Below are positions 1 to 8,928 of a stretch of 32,000 nt of DNA, in pieces. Location: assembly GCF_900169565.1 (NCBI RefSeq), contig NZ_LT828648.1, positions 652,876 through 684,875 of the forward strand. Reading direction: 5' to 3'. The notes under the pieces are model-generated. The model was not told the origin of the DNA and searched no databases. It saw nothing but the letters and a program-made list of their open reading frames with translations. This DNA comes from Nitrospira japonica (GTDB taxonomy: Bacteria > Nitrospirota > Nitrospiria > Nitrospirales > Nitrospiraceae). A program made the translations under genes and the position numbers. Numbering within the stretch: the first letter of the stretch is position 1; each line of letters starts with the position of its first letter.

Positions 1-1230
1 GAGGCCGAGGCGCGGCTTCCAGGCCGACTGATAGTGGGTGTAGCCGACCCAGTTTCTGGTCGCCCACGCATTGATGTGAAGGTTCTTCTGGTTGCCATAG
101 CCGTTCTGAATCGCATTGGCTCCGGTCGCACCCATTTCACCGAACTGCCACGCGATCTCGTTGATGGCGTCGAAGTTGCCCTTCCGCATTTCGATCCGGT
201 TGCCGATCATGTGACGGGTCTGGTTCGAATGCTTGGCAGTTCCGAGACCCTGCGCCCCGTTATCCGCAGAGTTGTAGTTGTTCTTGTAGTACACATAGAA
301 CGGCTCGATCAGGAAGCCGGGGATCGACTTCAACTGATTGTAGAAAATGATCATGTCGGCGTCGATATTGGCGCTGCCGTTGTTGAGCGTGCTGCCACCG
401 GGATTGGAAATATTGTTCTGTCCACTTCCCACTGCAGCGGCCTGTCCGATATCGGATTCCGAATTGCGGAACCATCCGAGGTACGAATCGAAACTCTTGG
501 TGCTGTAGCTCATCATGACACCGTCATGGGAGTAGCCGGTGTTCGCCCAGTCGAAGTGTCCGAACAGTGAATGGTTGCCGAAGATGACATATTGCCGACC
601 CGCCTTGATGCTCAACCCCTGGACACCTCCCAGGTTTCTGACCAACATGTAGGCGGCCCGGACACCGAGGCGGCCGTTGTTTCCTCCGCCGCCCGCGACT
701 CCTCCGTTGTGATTCAGCGGGTCGCCGCCGTTACCGGCGTTCGTATTGTTGCCGTTTCCGCCCCAGGTCGCGGAATCGATGATTTCCATGTAGAAATTCA
801 CGTCCGGCGAGAGATCGTATCCGATACCTAACCGCACCATTTGCTGGACGAAGAAGTCGTTGGCCTTTCCAGCCGTGCCGTTGGCAGAATTGCCGCCGAA
901 CGAGTTACACGCACCGTTGCCCGGGTTGCCGGGCATGGCGTTACCGAAGCAGACGCCGTTTCTCATTTCCGGACGGACACGGACATCGGCGCGCATCCAG
1001 AAGTTCTTGATATCGAAGTTTCGGCCGATCGCGGGGTCGTAGATTTCGTAGGCTTCCTTTTGCGGCATCGCACGAGGAATGGCGGGGAGGTTCGTAATCC
1101 GTTCGCCTTCCGGTAGCTCGAAACCAGCCTGGGCTGGGACACTCACGAGAGAGATGCCCGCTGCCATAACGGCCGCGCTGAAGAAGGTGGCCACGCCGGC
1201 CCACCCTGTCCGACCTAGGATGCTTCTCAT
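1..1230 (-). CDS. Outer-membrane porin, alginate-export-like (3' end beyond window)
   Basis: Manual translation from ATG at 1230 is open to base 1: MRSILGRTGWAGVATFFSAAVMAAGISLVSVPAQA|GFELPEGERITNLPAIPRAMPQKEAYEIYDPAIGRNFDIKNFWMRADVRVRPEMRN... with later GRQYVIFGNHSLFGHFDWANTGYSHDGVMMSY. Signal peptide, AGGAGGAACGCT-ATG ribosome binding site. Confidence 0.8.
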   Translation of the reverse strand, partial: MRSILGRTGWAGVATFFSAAVMAAGISLVSVPAQAGFELPEGERITNLPAIPRAMPQKEAYEIYDPAIGRNFDIKNFWMRADVRVRPEMRNGVCFGNAMPGNPGNGACNSFGGNSANGTAGKANDFFVQQMVRLGIGYDLSPDVNFYMEIIDSATWGGNGNNTNAGNGGDPLNHNGGVAGGGGNNGRLGVRAAYMLVRNLGGVQGLSIKAGRQYVIFGNHSLFGHFDWANTGYSHDGVMMSYSTKSFDSYLGWFRNSESDIGQAAAVGSGQNNISNPGGSTLNNGSANIDADMIIFYNQLKSIPGFLIEPFYVYYKNNYNSADNGAQGLGTAKHSNQTRHMIGNRIEMRKGNFDAINEIAWQFGEMGATGANAIQNGYGNQKNLHINAWATRNWVGYTHYQSAWKPRLGL

Positions 1231-1609
1231 AGCGTTCCTCCTGTGAATTGGATAGCAACCAACACCTGACCGACAGTGCCTGGCTGCCGACTTGACATCC
1301 AACTGCGTGTCATATCGACAAGTTTCCTTTTCGGTTACTCGCCCGGAAAGCCGTTGTGCCCACGCCTTCCGCTACTACGATTGCAACTCTTGACTGGTAC
1401 TGTCTCACCAACGCTCTACCCGAGCCAGCAATTTCAAGTTTCCTGAATACGACGCCGTACTCAGCCCCTGCCGTCGTCGGATCAGTTGAGCGGTGGTCAC
1501 CCCCTTCCCGTAATCCATGTCCCTAGCGCGTCGCTCAGGCGGCGCAAGAACATGGTGTTCCGACTGGTTGGTTTCGGCCGCTATCGTCGTTGGGCCGCAT
1601 CATTCGTGA

Positions 1610-1909
1610 TCAAGTGTGATTGCCGGTTTCCGTGGATCCGGACGGCTTTTCGACCGGCGTTGTGGCCGCATTGATTTCCTCTTCGGCTTCCTTCATTGAG
1701 GCCTGGAAATCCTGTTCGACCATCTTGACCTCCTGCTGAATCATGTTGAGTTCAGGCTCAACCGATTTTCTGAGGTCTTCCGCCGTTTCCTTGAAACCTT
1801 TGACTGCCTTGCCGACCTGCCGGCCGACTTCAGGCAGCTGTTTGGGGCCGAACAGTAAGAAGGCGATGACCAGAATAATGAGTATTTCGCCGGCACCCAG
1901 CCCAAACAT
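1610..1909 (-). CDS. Twin-arginine translocation TatA/TatB-family protein
   Basis: MFGLGAGEILIILVIAFLLFGPKQLPEVGRQVGKAVKGFKE: short N-terminal TM, FGPKQLPEVGR hinge, amphipathic helix. Confidence 0.88.
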   Translation of the reverse strand: MFGLGAGEILIILVIAFLLFGPKQLPEVGRQVGKAVKGFKETAEDLRKSVEPELNMIQQEVKMVEQDFQASMKEAEEEINAATTPVEKPSGSTETGNHT

Positions 1910-2018
1910 GCTTGGTCATGCGTAAGACGCGGCGCGTCCCGCGGGAAGCAACAGAGGGAAGCGTCGGTTTCCTCTTGGCGCTTCGCGCTTCACGCTCACG
2001 CTTCGCATCTCCTCTTCG

Positions 2019-2285
2019 TTATCCTTGTTTCACTTGCTGCCCCTGCTGTGCCGGAGCATCAGCCGAGGGCGTCGATTGATTTTGCGTGACTTGCTGTTGT
2101 GCAGGCGGTGGGGCATCGGGGGGTGGCGTGACGTCGATGGCATCCGCCTCATTCACGCTTTTCTTGAACCCTTTGATCGCTTTTCCAAGACCTTCGCCGA
2201 GTTGTGGAATTTTGCCGGCCCCGAAAATGATCAAGACGATGATCAGAATCAGGAGCAATTCCATCCAGCCGAACGATCCAAACAT
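2019..2285 (-). CDS. tatA: Twin-arginine translocase subunit TatA
   Basis: MFGSFGWMELLLILIIVLIIFGAGKIPQLGEGLGKAIKGFKKSVNE; start trimmed from 2351 to the canonical MFG start at 2285; Pro/Gln-rich tail. Confidence 0.88.
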   Translation of the reverse strand: MFGSFGWMELLLILIIVLIIFGAGKIPQLGEGLGKAIKGFKKSVNEADAIDVTPPPDAPPPAQQQVTQNQSTPSADAPAQQGQQVKQG

Positions 2286-2386
2286 CCTGGTACTCGCTTT
2301 CCTCTTCGCCTCACGGCTCCTGGGAAAAGCCGAGGGGCTCCAACGGGGCACAAAACGCGGGAAACGACCGGCGAACGGCGAGGAGG

Positions 2387-2412
2387 CTATAGTAGAATTA
2401 CAGATTAGTCAA
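2387..2412 (-). promoter_or_regulatory. Possible sigma70-type promoter for tatA
   Basis: Minus strand TTGACT ... TATAGC with a short 14-15 bp spacer just upstream of the tatA leader. Confidence 0.25.
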
Positions 2413-2467
2413 GTTTAATTTGAGGGCTTCGGTCATTGCGAGGCGGGAACGACGGCGGCGAGAAAAA

Positions 2468-3901
2468 TCAGCGACGCATCGACAGGTGAAAATAATCCAC
2501 CGGACTCGGCGGGGCCGTGAGCGCGATGAGAAACGAGTGAGGATCGTAGCCGATTTCTTCGAGATTTCTTGAAGCGGCGGTCAGTTCTTCTTCCGTCAGA
2601 TAGGCGACCGTATCCGGGACACCGGTCGCTTTCAAGCCATCGGCCATCGCCTGCAGAGCGTCGCGCTCGGCCGCAGGGGTGTCCGCCCTGAGCGAAAATT
2701 CCATCTTCCTTTCGTACGGGCTCTCGTACACTTCATCGAAGGCTCTGATCGTCCTCAACAGCAACCGATCCTGTTCCCAGGGTTCCATCCTTGTACCGGC
2801 CAACGGATGGGTCGCCAAAAGATCCATGAGGGTCAGAACGTTGGTTCCCAGGCTGCGTCCGATGAACTCACGCTGGCTTTCGACGGCGACCCGCCCCGCC
2901 TTCAATTGTTTGGCGACGGCTTCCACAAGCGGGAAATTCACCATGTAACTCTGCTGACCCCCAAACTGGCCGGAACAGGGCTTGTCGGGATCGTTGAGCA
3001 CCTTCAGGTCCGTACTTCCGGCATCAAAGCTGCTGAACCCCGCCGCGTCGGGAGCCAAGAGGCGTGTGGCTTCTTTCAAGGTCACAAAGGCGCCGATATT
3101 GACCGGGACGACGATCTGCTCATCGAAACGCCGGAGGAATTCCGTGATAGTTTTCCGATAGGGCACATCTTTCCAATCAACGGTCCGATACTCCCGTTCC
3201 CACACGAGATCATCGAAAAACGGGGGGAACCGCCTGAGTGTCTCCACATCCTTTGCATCAAACGCCCGCACAAACGCGGCCCAATCGTCGATCTTGGCAT
3301 GAAGCGTATCGCTCAGGTTGGGACGCAGGAATTCTTCTTCCATGTCCCCGCCTTGCCGGCACATCAACTTGGCGGGCAAATCATTCCAGAGTTCGTTACA
3401 GATGATCCGATCCACCGTGCCGTCGGCAATGTCGGAGATCCGGTCGACGGTCGTACAAAGCGGCTCGATCCGGTCGCGATGCTGGACCAAGGAGGGAGAC
3501 GCGACCGCCCTGTCCAGGAGAGACGGCTCCCAGTCCACCATCACATAACGGATCCGTGGATAAACCTGCCCTTGGTTGTCGAGCGTTCGGAGATGCGACA
3601 GGAAACAGGCCGCCAAGTTCCCGTTGCCGGGCCCCCACTCCATGACGGTCAGGGGGGACGAGTCCTTCCCGGCACTTGACGGTGACGCATCCCGTTTCAC
3701 GACCCGCTCAAAATAATCACTGGCAAGGGCATGAGCCAGGCGGTAGTCGGCCGAGGCAAAGGTTTGATAGTAGTTCCGGATGAAGTCACTCCGGAACTTA
3801 TAGAAGAGGTGATTGATGTGAACTTGCCATTGATCGACCGGCTTATAGTCACCGATCAACTGAGGAAGCGCATCTGCGTCTTGCAACATCGGCACACCCA
3901 C
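2468..3901 (-). CDS. MidA/NDUFAF7-like SAM-dependent methyltransferase family protein
   Basis: Contains VMEWGPGNGNLAACFLSHL (SAM-binding G-rich motif) and IICNELWNDLPAKL; start GTG 3901 or ATG 3889. Confidence 0.65.
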   Translation of the reverse strand: MGVPMLQDADALPQLIGDYKPVDQWQVHINHLFYKFRSDFIRNYYQTFASADYRLAHALASDYFERVVKRDASPSSAGKDSSPLTVMEWGPGNGNLAACFLSHLRTLDNQGQVYPRIRYVMVDWEPSLLDRAVASPSLVQHRDRIEPLCTTVDRISDIADGTVDRIICNELWNDLPAKLMCRQGGDMEEEFLRPNLSDTLHAKIDDWAAFVRAFDAKDVETLRRFPPFFDDLVWEREYRTVDWKDVPYRKTITEFLRRFDEQIVVPVNIGAFVTLKEATRLLAPDAAGFSSFDAGSTDLKVLNDPDKPCSGQFGGQQSYMVNFPLVEAVAKQLKAGRVAVESQREFIGRSLGTNVLTLMDLLATHPLAGTRMEPWEQDRLLLRTIRAFDEVYESPYERKMEFSLRADTPAAERDALQAMADGLKATGVPDTVAYLTEEELTAASRNLEEIGYDPHSFLIALTAPPSPVDYFHLSMRR

Positions 3902-4100
3902 ATGAGGACAATGTTTTCAGAAATCGCGACGCGCGGCACCCTGATCGTCGTGGAACGAGCGTGGCACGGCGCAGTCCGAAATCTTAGCAGATGGCCTGAA
4001 ACCGCCGCAATGGGTGGACGTTCCTCTGGCAGATCCGTCGAGGATTTCCAACCTGCCTGCCCAACTTGACAGTCTCCACCGGCCGGTGTACGAAATCATC

Positions 4101-4685
4101 ATGCGCGCAGCAACTCGGTATCGTTCTGTCTTGCCGAGAAAATTTTTGGCCGGCGTCTTGCTGTGTCTTCCGACCCTATCGCCGGCGCTCGGAGAAGACA
4201 TCCCGCTCACAAAGAATTCATCGATTTCCGAATTTCAGAACCGATCCGAGGACACCAGGCCGTATGACTTTGATGCTCCGCCGAAAGGCATGTTCAGAGA
4301 CATCACCATGGCCGAAGGATTCGACGAGGAGATCGGAATCCACAGGACTCATGAAATCGTGCCGGTCAAACCTACGGACCATTTCACCGCCGAGTCGACG
4401 GGCATTTTCATCGTTTTTCAGCTGCACCAGCATTATCAAGCCTTTCAAATCTTCGGCCGGTGTTTTCCGGAGACCGTTGCAGGATTGAATCCCGACACGA
4501 TGATCGGGCAAGACGCCATGTATATCGCACTCGAAGATGAGTCAGGATACCTTCGGCTTACCCCGCCGACCGGCGGGTGGAGACCCGGCCGCTACAAGGT
4601 TGAGATTCACGCCGGGGAGCAAGTCAACGAAATGTCCTTGATGGGCACCATGCGATTTACGGTCGTAGCGGACCTCAAGCCGTAA
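4101..4685 (+). CDS. Secreted conserved hypothetical protein
   Basis: Start chosen at ATG 4101 with Sec-like signal MRAATRYRSVLPRKFLAGVLLCLPTLSPALG; the GTG at 4014 in the track adds a non-signal leader. Confidence 0.6.
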   Translation: MRAATRYRSVLPRKFLAGVLLCLPTLSPALGEDIPLTKNSSISEFQNRSEDTRPYDFDAPPKGMFRDITMAEGFDEEIGIHRTHEIVPVKPTDHFTAESTGIFIVFQLHQHYQAFQIFGRCFPETVAGLNPDTMIGQDAMYIALEDESGYLRLTPPTGGWRPGRYKVEIHAGEQVNEMSLMGTMRFTVVADLKP

Positions 4686-4854
4686 CAACGGCGCGTGCGC
4701 CCGCCGCCTGTGTTCATCAGGACATCTCCCGAACTCTCCGTCGCGCCGATCTCGTGACCGGCGGCCCGCCCCTTCTGATCGTCACCCGGCTTTCACGCTG
4801 TCTCCTTCGCGATTTCTTCTATTCGAATTGGGTAACCGATTGCCTCCGTGCGGT

Positions 4855-4883
4855 TTGACGGTCTACGGAGCATTCTGTAGAAT
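4855..4883 (+). promoter_or_regulatory. Sigma70-type promoter
   Basis: TTGACG-N17-TAGAAT (4855-4860 / 4878-4883), about 50 bp upstream of the GT2 start at 4934. Confidence 0.6.
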
Positions 4884-4933
4884 GTTGCCGTGATCGCGCT
4901 GTTCGCCATGTGTGTGCCGGCGTTCCACTCTAC

Positions 4934-5677
4934 ATGAGTGCCCCTCTTCCATGGGCTTCAGTCCTCGTCCCGGTCAAGGACGAGGTCGAGAACCTCACGC
5001 CCTTGACGGACGGGCTTCTCAAGGTCATGCATTCGCATCCTCTTTCACAGAGTCGGCCCTTCGAAATCATCTATATCGACGACGGGAGCACGGACGGAAG
5101 CAGCGAGCTCCTCGACCGATTGGCCGCCGAACACCGGGAAGTACGGACCTTCCATTTTGACCGCAATCATGGGAAAACCGCGGCTCTCGATGCGGCGTTC
5201 AAACAGTCATCAGGAGACATCATCGTTCATATCGACGCCGACCTCCAACAAGACAACGAGGATATCCTGTCGATGCTGCCGCTCACGGAACGGTATGATG
5301 TCGTATGCGGATGGAGGAAAGACCGTCAGGACAATCTCGTGCGGAAGCTTTCCTCCCGCATCGCCAACTTCATCAGAAATATTTTTACCCGCGACGGCAT
5401 TCACGATACGGGTTGTCCCTTAAAGATCTTCCGCCGGCCCGTTTGTGAGAAGCTGTGCCTGTTTGAAGGCTTGCACCGCTTCTTTCCGGCACTGGCTCTC
5501 ATGCACGGATTTACTATTACGGAAGTTCCGGTTCGGCATTATCCGCGCCTCCATGGAGTGTCAAAGTTCGGAGTCGGGAATCGGCTGTTCAAGAGCCTCT
5601 ATGACTTGATTGCAGTCCGGTGGATGCACAGTCGCGTATTGCGATACCGCTTTCGCTCATCCCCGGTCACCAAGTAA
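4934..5677 (+). CDS. Glycosyltransferase family 2 (dolichyl-phosphate mannosyltransferase/ArnC-like)
   Basis: SVLVPVKDEVENL...EIIYIDDGSTDGSSELL...NHGKTAALDAAFKQSSGDIIVHIDADLQQ; start at ATG 4934 preferred over GTG 4910. Confidence 0.88.
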   Translation: MSAPLPWASVLVPVKDEVENLTPLTDGLLKVMHSHPLSQSRPFEIIYIDDGSTDGSSELLDRLAAEHREVRTFHFDRNHGKTAALDAAFKQSSGDIIVHIDADLQQDNEDILSMLPLTERYDVVCGWRKDRQDNLVRKLSSRIANFIRNIFTRDGIHDTGCPLKIFRRPVCEKLCLFEGLHRFFPALALMHGFTITEVPVRHYPRLHGVSKFGVGNRLFKSLYDLIAVRWMHSRVLRYRFRSSPVTK

Positions 5678-5692
5678 CCACACGGTTGCCAT

Positions 5693-6010
5693 TTGTCGCT
5701 TGCCATGTCCAACGCCGAGGTCATCTGGATTGCAATCGGGTTCCTAGGCCAGGGCCTATTCTTCGGCCGGTGGGTCGTTCAGTGGATCGCTTCGGAGCGG
5801 ACCGCGAAAAGTCAGGTCCCGATTGCGTTCTGGTACATGAGTCTCATCGGGGGGATGATTACTCTCGCCTATGCCATCTATCGAAAGGATCCCGTGTTCA
5901 TCGCCGGTCAAGGCGTGGGATCGGTGGTCTATGTCAGAAATCTTATGTTGATTCATCGATCCAGCCAGGATCAAACCGCACAACACCCGTCCTCGGTCGG
6001 TAATTCCTGA
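5693..6010 (+). CDS. Stand-alone lipid A biosynthesis N-terminal domain (LAB_N) membrane protein
   Basis: IGFLGQGLFFGRWVVQWIASERTAKSQVPIAFWYMSLIGGMITLAYAIYRKDPVFIAGQGVGSVVYVRNLMLI is the typical LAB_N pattern; start could be the internal ATG at 5705. Confidence 0.82.
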   Translation: MSLAMSNAEVIWIAIGFLGQGLFFGRWVVQWIASERTAKSQVPIAFWYMSLIGGMITLAYAIYRKDPVFIAGQGVGSVVYVRNLMLIHRSSQDQTAQHPSSVGNS

Positions 6011-6017
6011 TCAACCC

Positions 6018-7802
6018 GTGTCACAGCACGAAGACTCTTCCGCAGAACCGATCCCGATGGCCAAACACCTGGTGAACCTTGCCCTCCTGTTGGCACTGGC
6101 GGGAATCCTTCTCTTCGTGGGGCTGGGTTCGATCGGCCTCACGGACCGGGACGAGGGTCGCAACGCGGAAGCCGGGCGGGAGATGCTGGAGACCGGTGAT
6201 TGGATCACGCCGACGTTTAACTACGAACCTCGCTTCTATAAGCCGGCGCTCGTCTACTGGCTGATGAGCGGCTCATATTCCCTCTTTGGGGTCAACGAAT
6301 TCGCCGCCAGGTTTCATTCCGCGCTGTTCGGCATCGCGCTCATTCTGGTCCAATACTGGTTCTCCGTATGCTGGCAAGCACCCAACATCGGACTCTTCAG
6401 CGCCCTCATGTTGCTGCTCAACATTGAGATGATCGGTTTAAACCGCATGGCCTTGACCGACAGCGTCTTGGTGTTCTTTACCACCACGGCTCAATTCGCA
6501 TTCTGGGCCGGCCTTCACGGGACTGGGCGCCGATCTTGGATGTGGTGGTTCTATGCCGCGATGGGCATTGCGACGCTGGCCAAAGGGCCGGTGGGCTTTA
6601 TCATTCCCCTCGTCACCATGACCCTCTATCTCACGTTCACGCGGCGGTGGGGGCAATTCTGGCGCGAGGGCCATCCTCTGCTCGGCACGGGCCTGTTCGT
6701 CCTTGTCACGCTTCCTTGGTACGGCACCATGTTGGCCATTCACGGCTCAGCGTACGTCACGATCGCCAAGGCCCAGACGGTGGGTCGCTTCATGGCCCCC
6801 ATGGAGGGCCATGGCTTCGGTTTACTTTTCTATGTACCGGTGGTGCTGTTGGGATTCTTCCCCTGGAGCGCGCTTTTACCGATGTCGATGTACGGATGCC
6901 TCAAGGCATGGAAGGCGGCGCGCAGGACGGGAGCGTCCGCTCCACCGCCGGCGACCGCCGGCGCCGGAACCGCGTCTACTGAACTCGAGTTGTTCGCCAG
7001 CCTCTGGGTGATCGGGTCGTTTGTGTTCTTCACGCTCTCCTCGACAAAACTGCAACACTACATCGCACCCCTCTTCCCCGCGGCGGCGCTGCTGACTGCG
7101 ACCTATTGGCACCGCAGCTTGGTCGACCCGGCCACCAAAGGGGTGCGCGCGGCAATTCACGTGATGATGGGTTTGGGCTTTCTGCTGGCGCTGGGCCTCT
7201 CCTCGATTCCGTGGATCTATTCCCGTTTCTCCGACAAGTTGCTGAAAGAGTTCCCCTCAGCGGGGCTTCTTGATCCCAGCGCCTGGGACGCCGGCCCCTA
7301 TGCCGCCGCGCTGGTCTTGCTGATCGGAATGGCGATGGTGGGCTATTGGGGTCTGAACGAACAACGTCGTGCCGGAGCATTCTGGGCGGCAGGAGGGACG
7401 TTGGCCCTCGTGGTATTGATCACCATCAGACTCAGCCTCCCGCTCATGAACCACTATTTCGTCTCACCTCCGCAGGAACTCGCTTATGCCGCGGGGGTCA
7501 ATTTGCAGCCGTCCGACCATTTTGTCGTCTATGGGTCCACCAGACCTTCGACTATCTTCTATGCGAGGCGACAGGCCGTGTTCATTCCCTTCGGCGAAGA
7601 AGAGACGATCCGCCTCACGTTGGCCAAGCCGGACCGAACCATGGTCTTGCTGCCGGAACGCTTTCGATCCAACCTTCCCAAAGAAGCAGATCAATTGGTC
7701 CCCCTTTTACGGCGTCACGGCTATGTCCTGCTGGCCAATCAACCGATGGTGACCATTCCTGAAGGAACAGCGCCCCCGCCCGCCCGTCTTTCTCCCCATT
7801 AA
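6018..7802 (+). CDS. ArnT-like glycosyltransferase family 39 membrane protein
   Basis: GLTDRDEGRNAEAGREMLETGDWITPTFNYEPRFYKPALVYWLMSGSYSLFGVNEFAARF (ArnT/PMT N-terminal signature) followed by many TM segments; GTG 6018 or ATG 6057 start. Confidence 0.9.
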   Translation: MSQHEDSSAEPIPMAKHLVNLALLLALAGILLFVGLGSIGLTDRDEGRNAEAGREMLETGDWITPTFNYEPRFYKPALVYWLMSGSYSLFGVNEFAARFHSALFGIALILVQYWFSVCWQAPNIGLFSALMLLLNIEMIGLNRMALTDSVLVFFTTTAQFAFWAGLHGTGRRSWMWWFYAAMGIATLAKGPVGFIIPLVTMTLYLTFTRRWGQFWREGHPLLGTGLFVLVTLPWYGTMLAIHGSAYVTIAKAQTVGRFMAPMEGHGFGLLFYVPVVLLGFFPWSALLPMSMYGCLKAWKAARRTGASAPPPATAGAGTASTELELFASLWVIGSFVFFTLSSTKLQHYIAPLFPAAALLTATYWHRSLVDPATKGVRAAIHVMMGLGFLLALGLSSIPWIYSRFSDKLLKEFPSAGLLDPSAWDAGPYAAALVLLIGMAMVGYWGLNEQRRAGAFWAAGGTLALVVLITIRLSLPLMNHYFVSPPQELAYAAGVNLQPSDHFVVYGSTRPSTIFYARRQAVFIPFGEEETIRLTLAKPDRTMVLLPERFRSNLPKEADQLVPLLRRHGYVLLANQPMVTIPEGTAPPPARLSPH

Positions 7803-7808
7803 GAAGCC

Positions 7809-8906
7809 TTACGACAGCGGCAACAGCCCTCTCATCGCCTGACTCGCCCACAGTCCAAGAATGACGAGGAGACAAAAGACCGCGTCTTGAGCCCCCACCC
7901 GATCACCGGCCCTGTCGCCAGTCACAGACAGTGAATCGACATCCCTGGGGCGGATCCAAGCAGCCATGCAGACACACAGCGCCGCCGCCGCCATCAAGGC
8001 GGATCCGGTGGCCATGACCACTCCCATTCCCGCCAGCTCTTTACACGTCTGCTTCGAAAGATGTCGGATCGGCATCAGTCCGAGGGCGAGCCATCCATAA
8101 CCGATCAGTGAGAGTATCGTCACAAAAAATCCGGCAAGCACCAGTTGCGATCCGGCCCATTGCACCGGCGAAGCATGGCCAGCCACCCATATCGCAGCCG
8201 ACACCCCGACGCAGACGGGTGCCAGGGAAGCCAGCCCGCATCCGAGTGACAATCGCCAACGACGCCAGGGATGGCCTGATACCACACCAACCAACCAACC
8301 GAGCGCCGCACCGCCCACCGTGTCGGTGAGAAAATGCGAACCGCGAAGAATTCGGCTCGCGGCAATGGCCACCGCCATTCCGATGAAAATCCACCGCCCC
8401 TTGGGGAACCTGATGGCAAGAACAGCGGCAATCGCCATCGCCAGCATGGCGTGTCCGGACGGAAACGAATCCCATCCACTGCCGCCGAAGGGAGAAAGAT
8501 CGACCGCGCCGGTATGGATGAACTTCGGACGGGGTCTGCCAACCACATGTTTGAGCAGGTTGCTCAACACCGCGACAATGCCGTGAGCCGCCAGGGTCTG
8601 CCACCCCGCGAGCTTCACGTCCGCACGTTTCAGCCAGACGCCGGCCAGCAAGAGCAGCAGGCTGAGCGCTATCATGCAGTCACCCTTGCCGATCCGATCA
8701 CCGATGTCACTGAAATACGCCAACCAGAGGTTCGGAAGATACCCCACGGGGTGATACAACGACCTCACAAACTTTGTCAGCGGAATGTCGAGTTCGAGCA
8801 AATTCAGGATGGCCAGCACAACAGCCGCACATGAGCAGGCTGCGGATGCGAGAACAAATCCGGTCGAATCGGCAGCCGATGGTCTTGCCGACGTGTCCGC
8901 CGTCAC
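7809..8906 (-). CDS. PAP2 (type 2 phosphatidic acid phosphatase)-family membrane phosphatase
   Basis: KHVVGRPRP ... SFPSGHAM ... SRILRGSHFLTD: complete three-part PAP2 signature with TM segments. Confidence 0.88.
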   Translation of the reverse strand: MTADTSARPSAADSTGFVLASAACSCAAVVLAILNLLELDIPLTKFVRSLYHPVGYLPNLWLAYFSDIGDRIGKGDCMIALSLLLLLAGVWLKRADVKLAGWQTLAAHGIVAVLSNLLKHVVGRPRPKFIHTGAVDLSPFGGSGWDSFPSGHAMLAMAIAAVLAIRFPKGRWIFIGMAVAIAASRILRGSHFLTDTVGGAALGWLVGVVSGHPWRRWRLSLGCGLASLAPVCVGVSAAIWVAGHASPVQWAGSQLVLAGFFVTILSLIGYGWLALGLMPIRHLSKQTCKELAGMGVVMATGSALMAAAALCVCMAAWIRPRDVDSLSVTGDRAGDRVGAQDAVFCLLVILGLWASQAMRGLLPLS

Positions 8907-8928
8907 ACCATGCCTCGTCGCCGGCTCG

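Noticed and set aside
34-1116. Plus-strand ORFs 34..570, 571..831, 841..1116
   Set aside because: Antisense to the porin coding frame, which has a signal peptide, ribosome binding site and a coherent beta-barrel-like composition.
2807-3679. 290-aa plus-strand ORF
   Set aside because: Lies wholly antisense to the MidA-like methyltransferase; typical GC-rich shadow ORF.
3962-3977. Sigma54-like TGGCACGGCGCAGTCC
   Set aside because: No GC at the -12 position with correct spacing.
3731-4069. Plus-strand ORF spanning the methyltransferase start
   Set aside because: Mostly antisense; the remainder has no motif and ends near the start of the secreted protein gene.
6830-8604. Numerous shadow ORFs opposite or out of frame with GT39 and PAP2 genes
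   Set aside because: Low-complexity Arg/Pro-rich translations, no motifs, fully covered by well-supported genes.
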